Positions 1-12,944 of a stretch of DNA of 64,000 nt are shown here, piece by piece (position 1 is the first letter of the stretch; each line of letters starts with the position of its first letter). The position numbers were made by a program, and so were the translations under genes. Below the pieces are notes generated by a model. That model did not search any database. It was not told the origin of the DNA and was given only the letters and a program-made list of their open reading frames with translations. The stretch comes from Squalus acanthias (taxonomy: Eukaryota): NCBI GenBank assembly GCA_030390025.1, contig CM059433.1, forward strand, positions 25,360,001 to 25,424,000, written 5' to 3'.

Positions 1-918
1 TTTGTTAACCACTTTCTCAATATGTCCTGCCACCTTCAGGGACCTATGCACATTAACTCCCAGGTCCCTCTGTCCCTGCACACTCTTTAAAACCATGCCA
101 TTAAGTGTATATTGCCTCTTCCTGTTCCTTCTGCCAAAATGCATCACCTCACATTTCTCAATATACTCAATGACTGAGCCTCCACAGCCCTCTGGGGTAG
201 AGATTCCAAAGATTCACAACCCTCTGAGTGAAGAATTTTCTCCTCATCTCAGTCCTAAATGGCCGACCCCTTATTCTGAGACTGTGACCCCTGTTTCTAG
301 ACTCCCCAGCCAAGGGAAACATCCTCCCTGCATCGACCCTGTCAAGCCCTGTAAGAGTTTTGTATGTTTCAATGAGATCACCTCTCATTCTTCTAAACTC
401 TAGAGAATATAGGCCTAGTCTACTCAATATGTCCTCGTAGGACAATCCCCCCATCCCAGAAACCAATCTGGTGAACCTTTCTTGCACTCCCTCTATGGCA
501 AGTATATCCTTCCTTAGGTAAACTGTACACAATACTCCAGGTGTGGTCTCACCAGGGCCCTATATAATTGCAGTAAGACATCTTTAATCTTATACTCAAA
601 TCCTCTTATAATAAAGGCCAACATACCATTATATTCCATTTGCCATGTTCTTGCCCACTCACTTAGCCTGTCTATATCCCTTGAAGCCTCCTTGCATCCT
701 CCTCACAACTTACATTCCCACCTAGCTTTGTAGCATCAGCAAATTTAGATATATTACATTTGGTCCCCTCATTCATATCATTGATGTAGATCGTGAATAG
801 CTGAGGCCCAAGCACTGATCCTTGCAGTACCCCACTAGTTACAGCCTGCCAACCCGAAAATGACCCGCTTATTCCTACTCCCTGTTTTCTGTCCGTTAAC
901 CAATCCTTAATCCATGCT
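1..918 (-). mobile_element. CR1-type LINE fragments (RT and C-terminal region, internally deleted)
   Basis: Minus ORFs 167..532 (LRKDILAIEGVQERFTRL...FFTQRVVNLWN) and 672..938 (GVLQGSVLGPQLFTIYIND...KFADATKL) are typical CR1 ORF2 motifs. Confidence 0.9.
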
Positions 919-924
919 CCCTCA

Positions 925-1335
925 AGCCTGTTTGCCATTTAATTAGATCATGGCTGAAATGTATCTTAACTCCATCTACTCACCTTGGTTCCGTAACCCT
1001 TAATACCCTTGCCTAACAAAAATCTATTAATCTCAGTTTTGAAATTTTCAATTGACCTCCCCAACCTCAACAGCTTTTTGGGGGAGACAGTTCCAGATTT
1101 CCACTACCCTTGTGTGAAGGAGTGCTTCCTGACATCACCCTGAACGGTCTAGCTCTAATTGTAAGGTTATGACCCCTTGTTCTGGACTCTACCCTATCAA
1201 CTCCTTTAATCATCTTAAACACCTCAATTAGATTACCCCTTCTATACTCAAGGATATACATGCCTAGTCTATGCAGTCTGTCCTCATAATTTAACCCTTT
1301 TAGCCCAGGTGTCATTCTGGTGAATCTGCGCTGCC
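925..1335 (-). mobile_element. CR1 3' end fragment (second subfamily)
   Basis: ORF 1067..1315 (GLNYEDRLHRLG...RGNLIEVFK...RTRGH); boundaries approximate. Confidence 0.8.
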
Positions 1336-1350
1336 CCCGCCCCCCCCCCG

Positions 1351-1695
1351 TTCCGCTGTCTGGACCACTCAGGAGGAGCCCTGCAGTACTCGCCTGAGTG
1401 AGTCTTCCTCTTCATAGTTGTGTGCTGCATGCTGCATAACCTGGCAATCCTCAGGACCCAGCCAATGCCACCAGGCCTTGGAGCACCACTGGAGGAGGAG
1501 GAGGAAGAGGAGGAGGATGATCATCAGCAGCACCAAGGCGGGAGGGAGGCCCACAATGTTGAAACTGCAAGGGCCGTCCGTCAATGGCTGATAGCAAGCC
1601 GCTTCTCGGCCCCTGCTGAGGAAATGGCTTCTGCCATGGAGAACAACATGAATGAAACCAACCCGCAACCCCTAAGCCGGCCAAGGCAGAAATGA
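1351..1695 (+). pseudogene. Harbinger (HARBI1-like) DDE transposase C-terminus
   Basis: FRCLDHSGGALQYSPE*VFLFIVVCCMLHNLA followed by an acidic tail; in-frame TGA at 1399-1401. Confidence 0.85.
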
Positions 1696-1919
1696 GTCCA
1701 AAGACCAAACATGTACATTTTGAATACAAAAACTTATTTATTTTACAAACGCTGTGTGTGTCATTTCTTCATGACAAACTAATAGAAACAAACACAAAAA
1801 ATCATTCATTAACATAACTGGTTCTCACAACCTGGAGATAGTGTCCAAAACACTAAACTAAAGTTTGAACGCGAACCTCGGCCTTTAATAAAAAATTGAC
1901 CAACATTTCGTCACACCTC

Positions 1920-2893
1920 CTACTTTTTGCCCTTCGAGGGTGATCTCCTTCCATTGTGCACTTCCCCCCTTCCCACCCTACTGCTCCTCCGTAATGGGGC
2001 CCCAGTGGCTGCAGCAAGGCTGGTGGAAGGCTGCTGATTGTCAGAACCTGAGACTGCAGATGCCCTTGAAGGCCGCCCTCGACCAGCTCTGGGCCTGGAG
2101 GGCCCGGCTGCAGACTGCTCCAACTCTGCATGGGCGGCAGCAGTCTGGGCTACAGGCGGTGGCAAGTGCAATGGGAAAGTGACAGTGGTGGCAGCAGGAA
2201 TGCTGTCATCTTGAGAGAGGACAGCAACTCCCTGCTCGACCGACACACTGGCACTCCCACGGGGCAGCACATCAGCATCCGGAGCAATCTGCTGGAGCAC
2301 AGATTGCTGGCCTGCTGCGGCGCGGTGAGAGCCCCGGGGAAATGTGTCCGAACCAGCAAAAATGGCAGCAGTCAGTGCTTGCGTGACCTCAATCTGAGTC
2401 TGCATGAGAGCAGTCTGAGAAGGGGTCATGGCAGCCAGTGACTGAATTGTAGCACTGAGCTTCAGCGTGGCATCCGCCTGTGCTACAGCGAAGTGCTCCA
2501 CACTCCTTGCCAGTGCTTCAATGCATTCGGGCACCCTTCCCACTGCACCCATGAGCTGAGTGTGCATGTGCACCGCCTGGGTGTTCATTTCAGCGATGAG
2601 CCGCTCCTCCTCTGCGTCCAGTGCAGCAGGACTCACTGGCCTACTCTCCCTCCGGGGAGAAGGCCCCCGAGCTTCCCTAGCCACATCGCGTTGCTGCAGC
2701 CCGCTGGGTCCTGGAGCTTCACCCTCATCAGACCCTTCCCCCCTGCTCCCCTCCAGGGAAGACGTGTTCCCAGTGTGGGCATGGGCTTCCTCGGGAGAGG
2801 GTGGCGCTGATGCTCCGGCTTCCTCTTCCTCCTCGCCTGCAGCTTCACTCCCACTGGCAGCTTGAGGGCCCGTCTCCTCAGCTGGTGAATCAC
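1920..2893 (-). pseudogene. Harbinger Myb/SANT-like gene, exon 3
   Basis: Open frame continues ORF 1920..2684 up to 2893; phase 1 matches the end of exon 2; its acceptor was displaced by the CR1 insertion. Confidence 0.7.
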
Positions 2894-2894
2894 C

Positions 2895-4257
2895 ATTTGA
2901 AAGAGTCCATTATAAAGGATGTAATAGCTGAGCACTTGAAAAACAGTGACAGGATGGGACAAAGTCAACATGAATTTACAAAAGGTAAATCGTGCTTGAC
3001 TAATCTACTGGAATTTTTTGAGGACGTAACTGGGAAAATAGATAAGGGAGAACCAGCAGATGTGGTGTATTTGGACTTTCAAAAGGCTTTCGATAAGGTC
3101 CCGCATAAGAGATTAGCGTGTAAAGTTAAGGCACATGGGATTGGGGGCAAGGTATTGACTTGGATAGAGAACTGGTTGGCGGACAGAAAGCAAAGAGTAG
3201 GAATTAATGGGTCTTTTTCCGAGTGGCAAGCAGTGACTAGTGGGGTACCGCAGGGATCGGTCCTTGGACCCCAGCTATTCACAATATACATTAATGATCT
3301 AGATAAGGGAACTAAATGTAATATCTCCAAGTTTGCAGATGACACAAAGCTGGGTGGGAGTGTGTGCTGCAAGGAGGATACCGAGAAACTCCAGGATGAT
3401 TTGGATAGGTTGGGTGAGTGGGCAGAAGCGTGGCAGATGCAATATAACGTGAATAAATGCGAGGTTATCCACTTTGGTGTCAAAAACAGAAAGACAGACT
3501 ATTATCTGAATGGCAATAGATTGGGAGAAGGGGAAGTGCAACGAGACCTGGGTGTCCTTGTGCACCTGTCGCTGAAGGTAAGCATGCAGGTGCAGCAGGC
3601 GGTGAAGAAGGCAAATGGTATGTTGGCCTTCATAGCATAGGAACAGGGATGTCCTGCTGCAGTTGTACAGGGCCTTGGTGAGACCACACCTTGAGTATTG
3701 TGTGCAGTTTTGGTCGCCTTATCTGAGGAAGGATGTTCTTGCCATGGAGGGAGTTCAGCGAAGATTCACAAGGCTGATACCTGGGATAGCAGGAATGACA
3801 TATGAGGAGAGATTGGGTCGATTGGGCTTATACTCGCTGGAGTATAGAAGAATGAGAGGGGATCTCATCGAAACATATAAAATTCTGACAGGTCTGGACA
3901 AACTAGATGCAGGAAGAATGTTCCCGATGGTCGGAGAGTCCAGAACCAGGGGTCATAATCTAAGGATAAGGGGTAAGCCATTTAGGACAGAAATGAGGAA
4001 GAATTTCTTCACCCAGAGAGTGGTGAACCTGTGGAATTCTCTACCACAGAAGGTAGTTGAGGCCAAGTCATTAAATATATTCAAGAATGAGTTAGATATA
4101 TTTCTTAAAGCTAAAGGTATCAAGGGATATGGGGAGAAGGCAGGTACAGGGTACTGAGTTTGGATGATCAGCCATGATCTCATCGAATGGCGGAGCAGGC
4201 TCGAGGGGCCGAATGGCCTACTCCTGCTCCTATCTTCTATGTTTCTATGTTTCTATG
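2895..4257 (+). mobile_element. 5'-truncated CR1 LINE (relatively young) with RT and (TTTCTATG)n tail
   Basis: ORFs 2801..3640 and 3663..4157 with KSCLTNL, YLDFQKAFDKV, GVPQGSVLGP and FADDTKL; small deletion/frameshift near 3636; octamer tail at about 4233-4257. Confidence 0.95.
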
Positions 4258-4413
4258 AAAGCAGGGAGGTACAAGAGTGGCTTTAGTGTGAGGACAGGGG
4301 GGCAGTAAGGGAGGAAGGAGTGCAGCGATTTAGTAAGTTGGATTGAAAGTGTCAAAGGCTGGTGTTGTGAGGGACAAGAGGAATGATAGAGGAGAAAAAG
4401 GTGATGACCTTAC

Positions 4414-4576
4414 CATTGCTGTCCAGAACGGATTCGGCCTCTCCAGGGGCGACGGGACCGATCACCTGGCTTGCCACAATCCTGCGGACGCGTGCCTCAA
4501 GATCGCTGAGGGGTTGCAACTGAGGCTGCCCTCCATCCGTTCGTTGCTGCTGTCTCCTATTATGAGATAGCTCGGC
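4414..4576 (-). pseudogene. Harbinger Myb/SANT-like gene, exon 2
   Basis: Acceptor TTTTTCTTGCAG; AELSHNRRQQQRTDGGQPQLQPLSDLEARV (typical post-Myb segment); donor ATG|GTAAGG. Confidence 0.75.
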
Positions 4577-4610
4577 CTGCAAGAAAAAGGACGGCGTCTG
4601 AGTAGATATA

Positions 4611-4770
4611 CAGCCATGGTCTTGCCTGATGTGCCTCCCATAGTTGAATAGCCCTTAATGTAAGCAGCCATGGTCTTGCCTGATGTGCCTCCCATAGTTG
4701 AATAGCCCTTAATGTAAGTAGCCATGGTCTTGCCTGATGCGCCTCCCATAGTTGAATAGCCCTTACTGTA
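4611..4770. repeat. 54-bp tandem repeat, about 3 copies, in Myb intron 1
   Basis: AGCCATGGTCTTGCCTGATG...GAATAGCCCTTA repeated at 4611, 4665 and 4719. Confidence 0.9.
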
Positions 4771-4906
4771 TGCAAAGTGTGGAATGTGCGTGTGTGTTTC
4801 ATGAGAGGGCCATAGGTGTTGGATGAGTGTTGGGCATTGGGGTTTTAAGACCCTCTGGCCATAGAGTGAGGTTGAGATGGAGAGGTATTGAAAAAAAGCC
4901 ACTCAC

Positions 4907-5142
4907 CCTGACGACCCGAGTGAGGTCGTTGAACTTTTTGCGGCATTGAACATGGGTCCTGGTCACCATGCTCCTGGAGGAGTCGTGCTGAGCCACCTCC
5001 CTCCATACTCTTCTGTACTCGCGTGGCAAAGGCCTCTGCCACTCTCAGGGAAGAGTATGGATCTTCTGCGCTCCACCGCGCCAACCAGAGCCTCCAAGGC
5101 CCGCTCGCTGAAGCGCTGAGCTCGTTCTCTCACCCTCTCCAT
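4907..5142 (-). pseudogene. Harbinger Myb/SANT-like DNA-binding protein, exon 1 (frameshifted)
   Basis: MERVRERAQRFSERALEALVGAVERRRSILF, frame change, then WREVAQ...RTHVQCRKKFNDLTRVVR; donor AGG|GTGAGT. Confidence 0.8.
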
Positions 5143-5842
5143 AGTCCTTGGCTGGAAAATGTAGTCCCAGGTCTCTCCAGGCTGTGATTCAAGGCTCCAA
5201 TGAGCAGGGTGTGGCTGGAGAGCAAGATCGACCCTCCCCTTTAAGAACTGTCCGGCGCCAGTGTGTCTGTGTTCCATCGCTAACTGACATCACCTGCGCT
5301 GCGCCCGCGCTCTGAGTTAGCGCCTCGCTCCTCGGCCTTTGCGCCTTAAGACAAGTGTGCAGCACCTGATTTAGCGCTCCAATCACCTCCAGGGGCGATA
5401 AAAGCCAAGTTTGCAGTCGGAGGCGATAATTAGCGCCAGGCGCTAAACTTTGCGGCCGGCCGATTATTGCGCCCCAAACAGGGCGATACTGAATTTCTCC
5501 CCCTTACTCTTTACAAATCCATGCTGCCTCTCTCTGATCAGTTCCTATTATCCAAGTGCTCAGTCAAGCTGTACCTGTATACATTCTTACAGACCAATCG
5601 ATCAATGAGGGACAAAACTGATATATTGGTTTTCTCCAGATTTGTTTGCTTTATGTTGCAATGTCCAGATCCCATAAATTTCTTACCTTTCCCTGTGGTG
5701 ATCAACAATCAGGTTTTTTTCAGGTTTCATCTTGGAAAGCTTTATACAGTAATGGGAATTAAGAACAATGTAAGCATGGAGCGCAAAAGGACTATTTTGC
5801 CGTAAAGCTTGCTTCTTCCACAGACCAGGAATAATCTATCCG

Positions 5843-7305
5843 TACAAAAGCAAAATACTGCGGATGCTGGAAATCTGAAATAAAAACAGAAAATGCTGGA
5901 AATACTCAGCAGGTCAGGCAGCATCTGTGGAGAGAGAAGCAGAGTTAACGCTTCAGGTCGATGACCTTTCGTTAGAACTGGAATAAGTTGGAGATGTAAC
6001 AGATTTTTAAGCAAGTGTAGGGGCAGGGAAAGGGTGGAGGAGAGGAAAGAACAAAAGGGAAGGTCTGTGATAGGATGGAAGGCAGGAGAGATTAAGGGGG
6101 AAAAATTCAGTATCGCCCCATTTGGGGCACAATTATCGGCCGGGCGCAAAGATTAGCGCCTGGCGCTAATTATCGCCACCGACTGCAAACTTGACTTTTA
6201 TCGCCCCTGGAGGTGATTGGAGCGCTAAATCAGGCGCTACACATCTGTCTTAAGGCGCAAAGGCCAAGGAGTGAGGCGCTACCTCAGAGCGCTGGCGAAG
6301 CTCATGTGATGTCAGTCAGCAATGGAACACAGACACAATGGCCCCGGCCAGTTCTTAAAGGGGAGGGTTGATCTTGCTTTCCATCCACATCCTGCTCATT
6401 GCAGCCATGAATCTCGGCCTGGAGAGACCTGCACATCAAATCTGCTGGAAAGAACAATGGAGAGTACCAGGGAAAGAGCTCAGAGTGCAGCCCCCACAGT
6501 CTCTTCTAAATCGATACAAGGAAGGGCAAATCAAAATGAACCTGCAAAGTGCTGCTCAGTACCCAAAACTCCTTCACACAGCGTTGAATCTCTCCAGAAG
6601 TCTCTCTCTCTCTCTCTCTCAGAATGCGTGGTTCAAAAATGTCGCCAACAAAAAAAGGCAGGAAGCGGTCGCCTTTAAATAGCGCTCCCCCAGTCCCTTC
6701 CTGACTGCAAAACGCTCCCCTCAACCTGTCGTTGCTAGCGGCAGGCGGTAAGGCAGGGGGCGCCACTCAATATCTGCTCCGGGGCGCTACCGGGGCGTTG
6801 CGCACTCGACTGACGTCACGATCTGCAGGAGATCGTGGTGGTACTGTTTAGCGCCGCCGCAAAATGTCTAGTTAATTTTGCGAGCGGCGCAAACATCGCC
6901 GCGCCCAGGTGCTAGTTGCTTTGCGCCCCATTAGCGCCCTCTTAAGGCGCTAACGGGAGGCGCAACCAACTGAATTTTTCCCCCTAAGAGACAAGAGGGG
7001 TGATGGTGCAAGGCAAAAGGAGATGGTGATGGGACAAGTTAAGAAACAAAAGATGACTTTAGATGAAGTGTAAATGGCAATGACAGAATCATCAACAGCT
7101 GCCATGTGAGAGAGAGAAAAAAATGATAGGGGCAGAGGTTATGGTCTGAAATTGTTGAACTCGATGTTGAGTCCAGAAGGCTATAAAGTGCCTAATCAAA
7201 AGATGAGGTGCTGTTCCTCGAGGTTACGTTGAGCTTCATTGGAACAGTGTAAGAGGCCAAGGACGGAGAGGTCAGAGTGGGAGTGGAGCAGAGAATTAAA
7301 GTGAC
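5843..7305 (-). mobile_element. Penelope-like element family B, 3' part, interrupted by a Harbinger MITE
   Basis: Matches 33712-34250 and 24800-25363 (GIY-YIG C-terminus plus pLTR); continuous across the MITE at the TAA TSD. Confidence 0.85.
6096..6984 (+). mobile_element. Harbinger-derived MITE (about 890 bp), TSD TAA
   Basis: TIRs GGGGGAAAAATTCAGT / ACTGAATTTTTCCCCC; TAA at 6093-6095 and 6985-6987; the empty site GAGATTAAGAGAC is seen in the paralogous PLE near 33920. Confidence 0.95.
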
Positions 7306-10300
7306 AATCCATTATGGATTGCACTTTTTCTATTACCATAATGACTTAATGATGGTTTCCATAAGCAGACGGAGTCTCTTACAAACTGAAAGCTGCATCT
7401 TTTATTCTTTGCCACACGAACATAGCTTAGCGCAGGCCATCCCACTACTCAATTGGTCAGTGTTGCGCCCATTTTACACCTGAAAAAGGGGCACAACGCA
7501 TACCAGTTTGTCAGCCAGTCTCTTTGAAAAGATGGTAAAGCAAGCAGAATTTTAAACGCATCAGCAGCTCTTGGGAAACACTGGGAGGATAGTATGGGAT
7601 TCAAGCCTGAACTCTGGGAGTTAACCACATTTTCAACAACCCATCTTAACACATCTTAGCAAACAGAAATTACATATTAGTTTATCCTCAACACCAGGAA
7701 GAATTCACATCGAATGTTCATGTAGACTAGAGCGTCTATGAAATGTTCATCAGAAGTAAGCACTATGTTTGGATTTCAAACATCATGTTCCAGTTGATAA
7801 TAATTAGAGGTACACAATCTAATTCACATCTAGGACGAAAGATACCATTGAATTTAGTACGCTGTAATTAAGACACAAGCCAAAAAATACTTTCGATAAT
7901 TGGTGGACAAATGTTTATAATGTTATTTAATGTTATTTTAATGAAAACATTAATCCATTTAAAATAATTAAAATAAACAAGTTAACCCCCAAATTAGAAT
8001 AGGGGGCAAATCGGAATGTCATACAAGTACAATAAGTATTCGTCTGCTAATATTGTCAATAGTCTCAGAATAGCCATTTCAGTTCTCAGTACAGTGCTTG
8101 GAATCCATCTCACTTATTACTAGTTTCAAAAGAATGCATTAAAAATCTGCATGTCCTAACAGGGCAAAAAATTCATTTTCTTTCATACTTATCTATTGGG
8201 GACTGTACCTCACACATTTAGGTGGCGATATAATGGCCGGTGCCCGATGCACTGATACCACCCCAGAAAACCATATGCTGAGCCCTGATGTCTGTAAGTC
8301 ACCCAGTGCACCTCAACGCTGAATGTGCACATAAAGGGGTCAGTGAACAAGCCTGCTGAGGACAATAGGCTCTTTACGTTAACTGTGGATTAGGCAGGGA
8401 TCAAGCCACATTTAGTCCATTTGGAACAGGTACTGAAGGGAAGGCTGCTATTAAAATTTGAAAAGAAAATTCAGGCATCCCTGCCATTTTGCATTCTTGC
8501 CATTTCTGGCCAAGCTGGCAGCCTTACTCAGTGCCACCCTATGCCATTCTGCCCTGTGCAGCCCTCTTGCCTCATGTTTTGTGCCTCTCCCCCCCACCAC
8601 CCCCCACCACTAGACAATTGCCCGACACACAATGTGCCTTTCACTGGCTGCTGATGGCCTTGATACTCCTAGCTTGTCCCTAGAGATGTGCCCAGTGTGT
8701 CACAGAATTATGCAAATGAGCTAAGCTCATTTAATCCATCGGCTATTTGTGCATAGGTGAAACAGTGCATAGGGCTCATTATCAGCCAATTAATATAATG
8801 CAAGAAACATTTACACAAATACAGACTGATCCTCAAACATCACCAAACAAATTATTCATCCACACTCATATCTCAACTGTTCAACACTGGCTTACTGCCT
8901 TCCAGAAGATCGTGCCCTTTTGGAGCCGATACTGAACCATTTCTCACTGCTAACAAGATATTTCACCTGTTCTTTTTAAACGAGTTGATAAATTCAGTCG
9001 CGACTGATTCTGCTGGGAGTCTGTTCCATCTATTCACTAGCGACTGGTATAAAAAAGCCTTCTGACCTCAACACTTTCTTGAAGCTCATTAACTTAACAC
9101 CAGTGTCTTCTAGATTTTCGCTGATAATATAAAGTTAAAAACCTTACACGCTGGATGGACCAAAAATCATGAAGGAAGCCACTTCGTCCTCAGATGTGGA
9201 TCAGTAAATCTGTTTCACGGTACTCAAGTGAAGTGCCTCATTATTTTTCATAATTGGATATGTCAGATGTATTCAGTAACCTATTGGTGCGAATTCTGCA
9301 CAGTTACCCTCCTGTACAGAACTGATGTGAGCAGCATGAATTTCATTTCTTGTGCAATGCCTGATGGTAAATGGGATTATATATTTCATTTTGTTTCAAC
9401 TACATTGAGCCACAAAGCCAATGATTCCGATTTGCTCTGTGACTCACTGCAGAATCAAGTTCCACACAAGGGACTGCGTCACCCAGTGAGTCTGTTACTT
9501 TTTGTCCACTTTGAGATAGATTTTTACAAAAACACCCTCCTCCCAGTATTCCTACAGTTTTCACCAAAAATATCTGCAGTTCTTGCCGAACCTCTCTCAG
9601 ATCAGATAATCTGTGGCTACTCGAAGCGTACATATTTTTCTCAGGAGTGAACTAATTGAGTAATTCATAATGACAAGATTAGCTATGTAGATGTAACACC
9701 AATATATAAATAACAATGAAAAACCAGGTTGATAGCTTTGGGTGAACCTATTACTCAACCATTGTGGAGTCAACACTCTGTGACTAATAATGATACCTTT
9801 GTGCACCTGACAATAATATGTTGTTACCATCAACTCGTTGGGTAACATCTAATTATATTACACGTGAGTGGTGAGATGGTTGTGAAATGAGCTTTGGGTA
9901 GTCTGACTCTGTTCCGAGCAGATCTAAAGAAATTTTACTGCAGAACATTATGCAAAGATACATTTGGTGATGCAATTAAGTATTTGTGTGACCAATAATC
10001 TCTCAAACTTCAAGTGTATTATTTTAGTTTAAGTTTCCAGGGTGGCCCAGGGATTCACTTTATTGGACGAAGGACATGGAGACCAGAGTGAGGAGAAGGG
10101 GAGCAAAGATTTCCCCCAATATGCTCAACGGACATAATGGGATTGGGCGCAAGAAGTGGCTGCTCTCCACCCCCAGGGTGCAATTTAGGATGGAAGTTAC
10201 AAGGGTCAAAAACTCAGTGGATCTGGATTCTGTCCCAAATTCTGGTCCCCTGATGTCAATCTACGTGTTTAGCACCCTCTCCCATCCCAGGAATTCCAGG

Positions 10301-10689
10301 ACCCTAGATTTTGGGGTAGAAATTGGTCATGATTGCACCTGTTTCCTGGACAGAAATGATCAATGGCCCTGTTCCTCAAGGATACCTGAAAAATATCTGA
10401 CGCCACATTGGCCTCAGATGTTTTTCAGGCATCCAGGGCGGCCGCCTAAAACAAGCGTTAAGCTACTTGCATATGGTAATGAAGGGCCTAACCCTACCCT
10501 AGAAATTGGGCTGCCTTGCATGGAAGAGGTGTTGGCCCAGCTCTGTTCAGCTTTTTCAGGTTTACATACAGCCTAGCAAGTGGCCACCAACAAAAAGGTA
10601 GGTAGATATTTGTTTACGGTTGAGGTGAATCATCAGGAGTTTTCCTCCTAGCTCCACTTCCAAAGGCCTCTGTTGACCTGTGATTGGCT

Positions 10690-11660
10690 TCTTCCTTTTG
10701 TCCTCTGCCCCCTCCTCTCCAGGAGGTTACAGAGATAGAGAGGAGCAAGGTTGTGGAGGGATTTAAAGACAAGGACAAGGACAAGAATTTAAAATTTGAG
10801 GCACTGGAGGAATGACATTCAATGTAGGTCAGAGAGGACAGTGGTAATGAGTGAGCAGGACTTAGTGTGGGACAGGATACGAGCAGCAGGGTTTTTGATG
10901 AGCTGAAGTTTACAAAGGGTAGATGTTGGGAGTCTGGCAAGAAGAGCATTGGAATAGTTGAGTCTGGAGGTTGCAAAGGCATGGATGAGGGTTTTGCAGC
11001 AAATAGGCTGAGATATGATGGGGGTGGGTGATGTTACGGAGGTGGAAGTAAGTGATCTTGGCGATGGAGAGGATTTGGGATCGGAAACTCAGCTTGGGGT
11101 CAAACAGGTCACTGAGCAGTCTGGTTCAGTCTGGTTCAGTCCCAGTGGCCGGGGTGGTGGCTGAATTCAGTGGCGAGGATACATGGCAGGAGCCAAAGGC
11201 TTCAGTCTTCCGAATGTTTAATTGCAGGAAGTTAAGGCTCCTCCAAGACTGGATGTCAGACGAGCAGTATAACAGCACAGAGGCAGTAGAGGGGTCAAAA
11301 AAGCTGGTGGAGTGGTAGAGCTGGGTGTCATTGGCGTACATGTGAAAGCTGACCCCATATCTGCAGACGCTAGCAGAATATAGATGAGGAAGAGGGTGGA
11401 GCCAAGGGGACTCTGGATTGACATGCAGGGCTGGGAATAGAATCCACTGTGAAAATGCTTTGGCCGTGATGAGATAGGTAAGAGTGGCACCAAGCAAAGA
11501 AAGTGCCATGGAACTGGACAGCGGTGGAGAAACATCGGAGGAGGATGTTGTGGTCGATCATGCCAAAGGTTACAGAGAGGATGAGGAGGGATAATACACA
11601 ATCACAGTGAATGCTGGTCATGACTTTTATTAGGACCATTTTGGTTCTGTGGGAATGACA
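10690..11660 (-). mobile_element. Degraded L2 LINE fragment
   Basis: Minus-strand remnants FHMYANDTQLY and NFLQLNIRKTE (L2 RT), IDHNILL; boundaries approximate. Confidence 0.75.
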
Positions 11661-11707
11661 GAAGCCAGAGGGGAGAATCTCTGCTTTTACTTATAACTTT
11701 GAATCAT

Positions 11708-12071
11708 GGCCTAGAAATCTGTCTCGGGCGGTGGCACAGCAAATTTCTAAACCCTTGGGGGAAAAATTTCTTAGCGACCATTTTGGGTCACTAACATCGC
11801 CTGGGCGCTAAATTTAGCGCCCAGCAAAAAATAGCGCCTAGCGATCGCTAACTTCTGTTTTAGCGCCCCAAGAGGGAGGTGGAGCGCTAATTCAAGCGCT
11901 CCACTTCCTTCTTAGAGCGCCAACCCCGAATATTGGGGCGGTGCCTTCTGCAGCGCTACGCACTGGACCACGTAGCGCTGCCGCATGGAAGGGCTCCTCC
12001 CCTCATTAAAGGGGAGGGCCCAAGTCCGGGGGCGCTAACGAGAGGCACAAATGCACCGAATTTCTAGCCCC
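11708..12071. mobile_element. Harbinger-type MITE
   Basis: Ends GGCCTAGAAAT... / ...AATTTCTAGCCC; GC-rich body with many TAGCGCC motifs like the other MITEs. Confidence 0.6.
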
Positions 12072-12944
12072 TTGTCTTTTAACCAGGTATTTACCAGCTG
12101 CTTTTTAAACAACTTAGTCAATGTATCGTTCATTGCTTTTGACAAAAGCAGATTCAGCATGTCCTAGGAACCTCATGAAGAAAAACAGTCTTTGTAAAAT
12201 ATCTGAGCTGAAATGTGCTTAAACAACATTAATCCACAAAAGTAACATTTAAAGTGAATCAGTCAGGAGATGGTACAGTGAATTACACTAATTGGGGACA
12301 TATGCACAAACTACTTAAGCATAACTACATTTGTAGATTAGAGAAATATTTCAGCAGGGTTGATTATAGCTATCAGGATCTGAATGATAATGGGTTCAAA
12401 CCTACTAATGTCAGGAGTCTGCTGTTATGTGATTTGGAAACGTCTGGTCCAAATTTTAAGTCATGTTATTTTGCCTTTGGCTTTGATTTTTTTTTAAGCC
12501 TCATTTGATTTTTAATTTTGCATAAGAATCGTTACCAGTAAGGCTATGACTTTCAAATTCCTTTCAGCATGTAATGATTCTTGTAAATGTCTGACAATAC
12601 TCAAAAAAACTGCTTAAATTCCAGGAGGCTGGATTACATTTCTGTGCAATGTCTGATGGTAAATGAGATCATAGGGGTAATTTTCAACTTCAGAGTAGGT
12701 GGAACACTGGCAGCAGTGGATCGACCGCCTGTTATAGACCCCGCCCCATTTTCCTTTCCATTGAACTCTTAGCCCCAATTTTACCACCCCCCGCCTGACA
12801 GAGGGAAGTTAAAACGAGGGCGGTCACTTACCTCCTCTGATCCCGCTGTGTCCCGATGTTAACCTGCTCTTTTGAGCAGGTGAGTGGGAAACCCGCAGGA
12901 AGGAAGCCATTGCTCAGAAGGTTGTGAGTTCAAGTCCCACTCCA

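Larger units (their letters stand above)
1351..5503. mobile_element. PIF/Harbinger DNA transposon (defective; left part not visible), with convergent transposase and Myb/SANT genes
   Basis: Terminal ...ACTGAATTTCTCCCCC followed by TTA at 5504-5506; same terminus as the MITEs at 6096 and 36384; transposase C-terminus on +, spliced Myb-like gene on -. Confidence 0.85.

Noticed and set aside
3079..3687. Antisense ORFs over CR1 and Penelope copies
   Set aside because: Shadow frames of retroelement coding sequence
9343..12673. About 35-nt similar segments at 9343 and 12637 (TGTGCAATG(C/T)CTGATGGTAAATG)
   Set aside because: Too short to interpret without a search; could be an old repeat or chance
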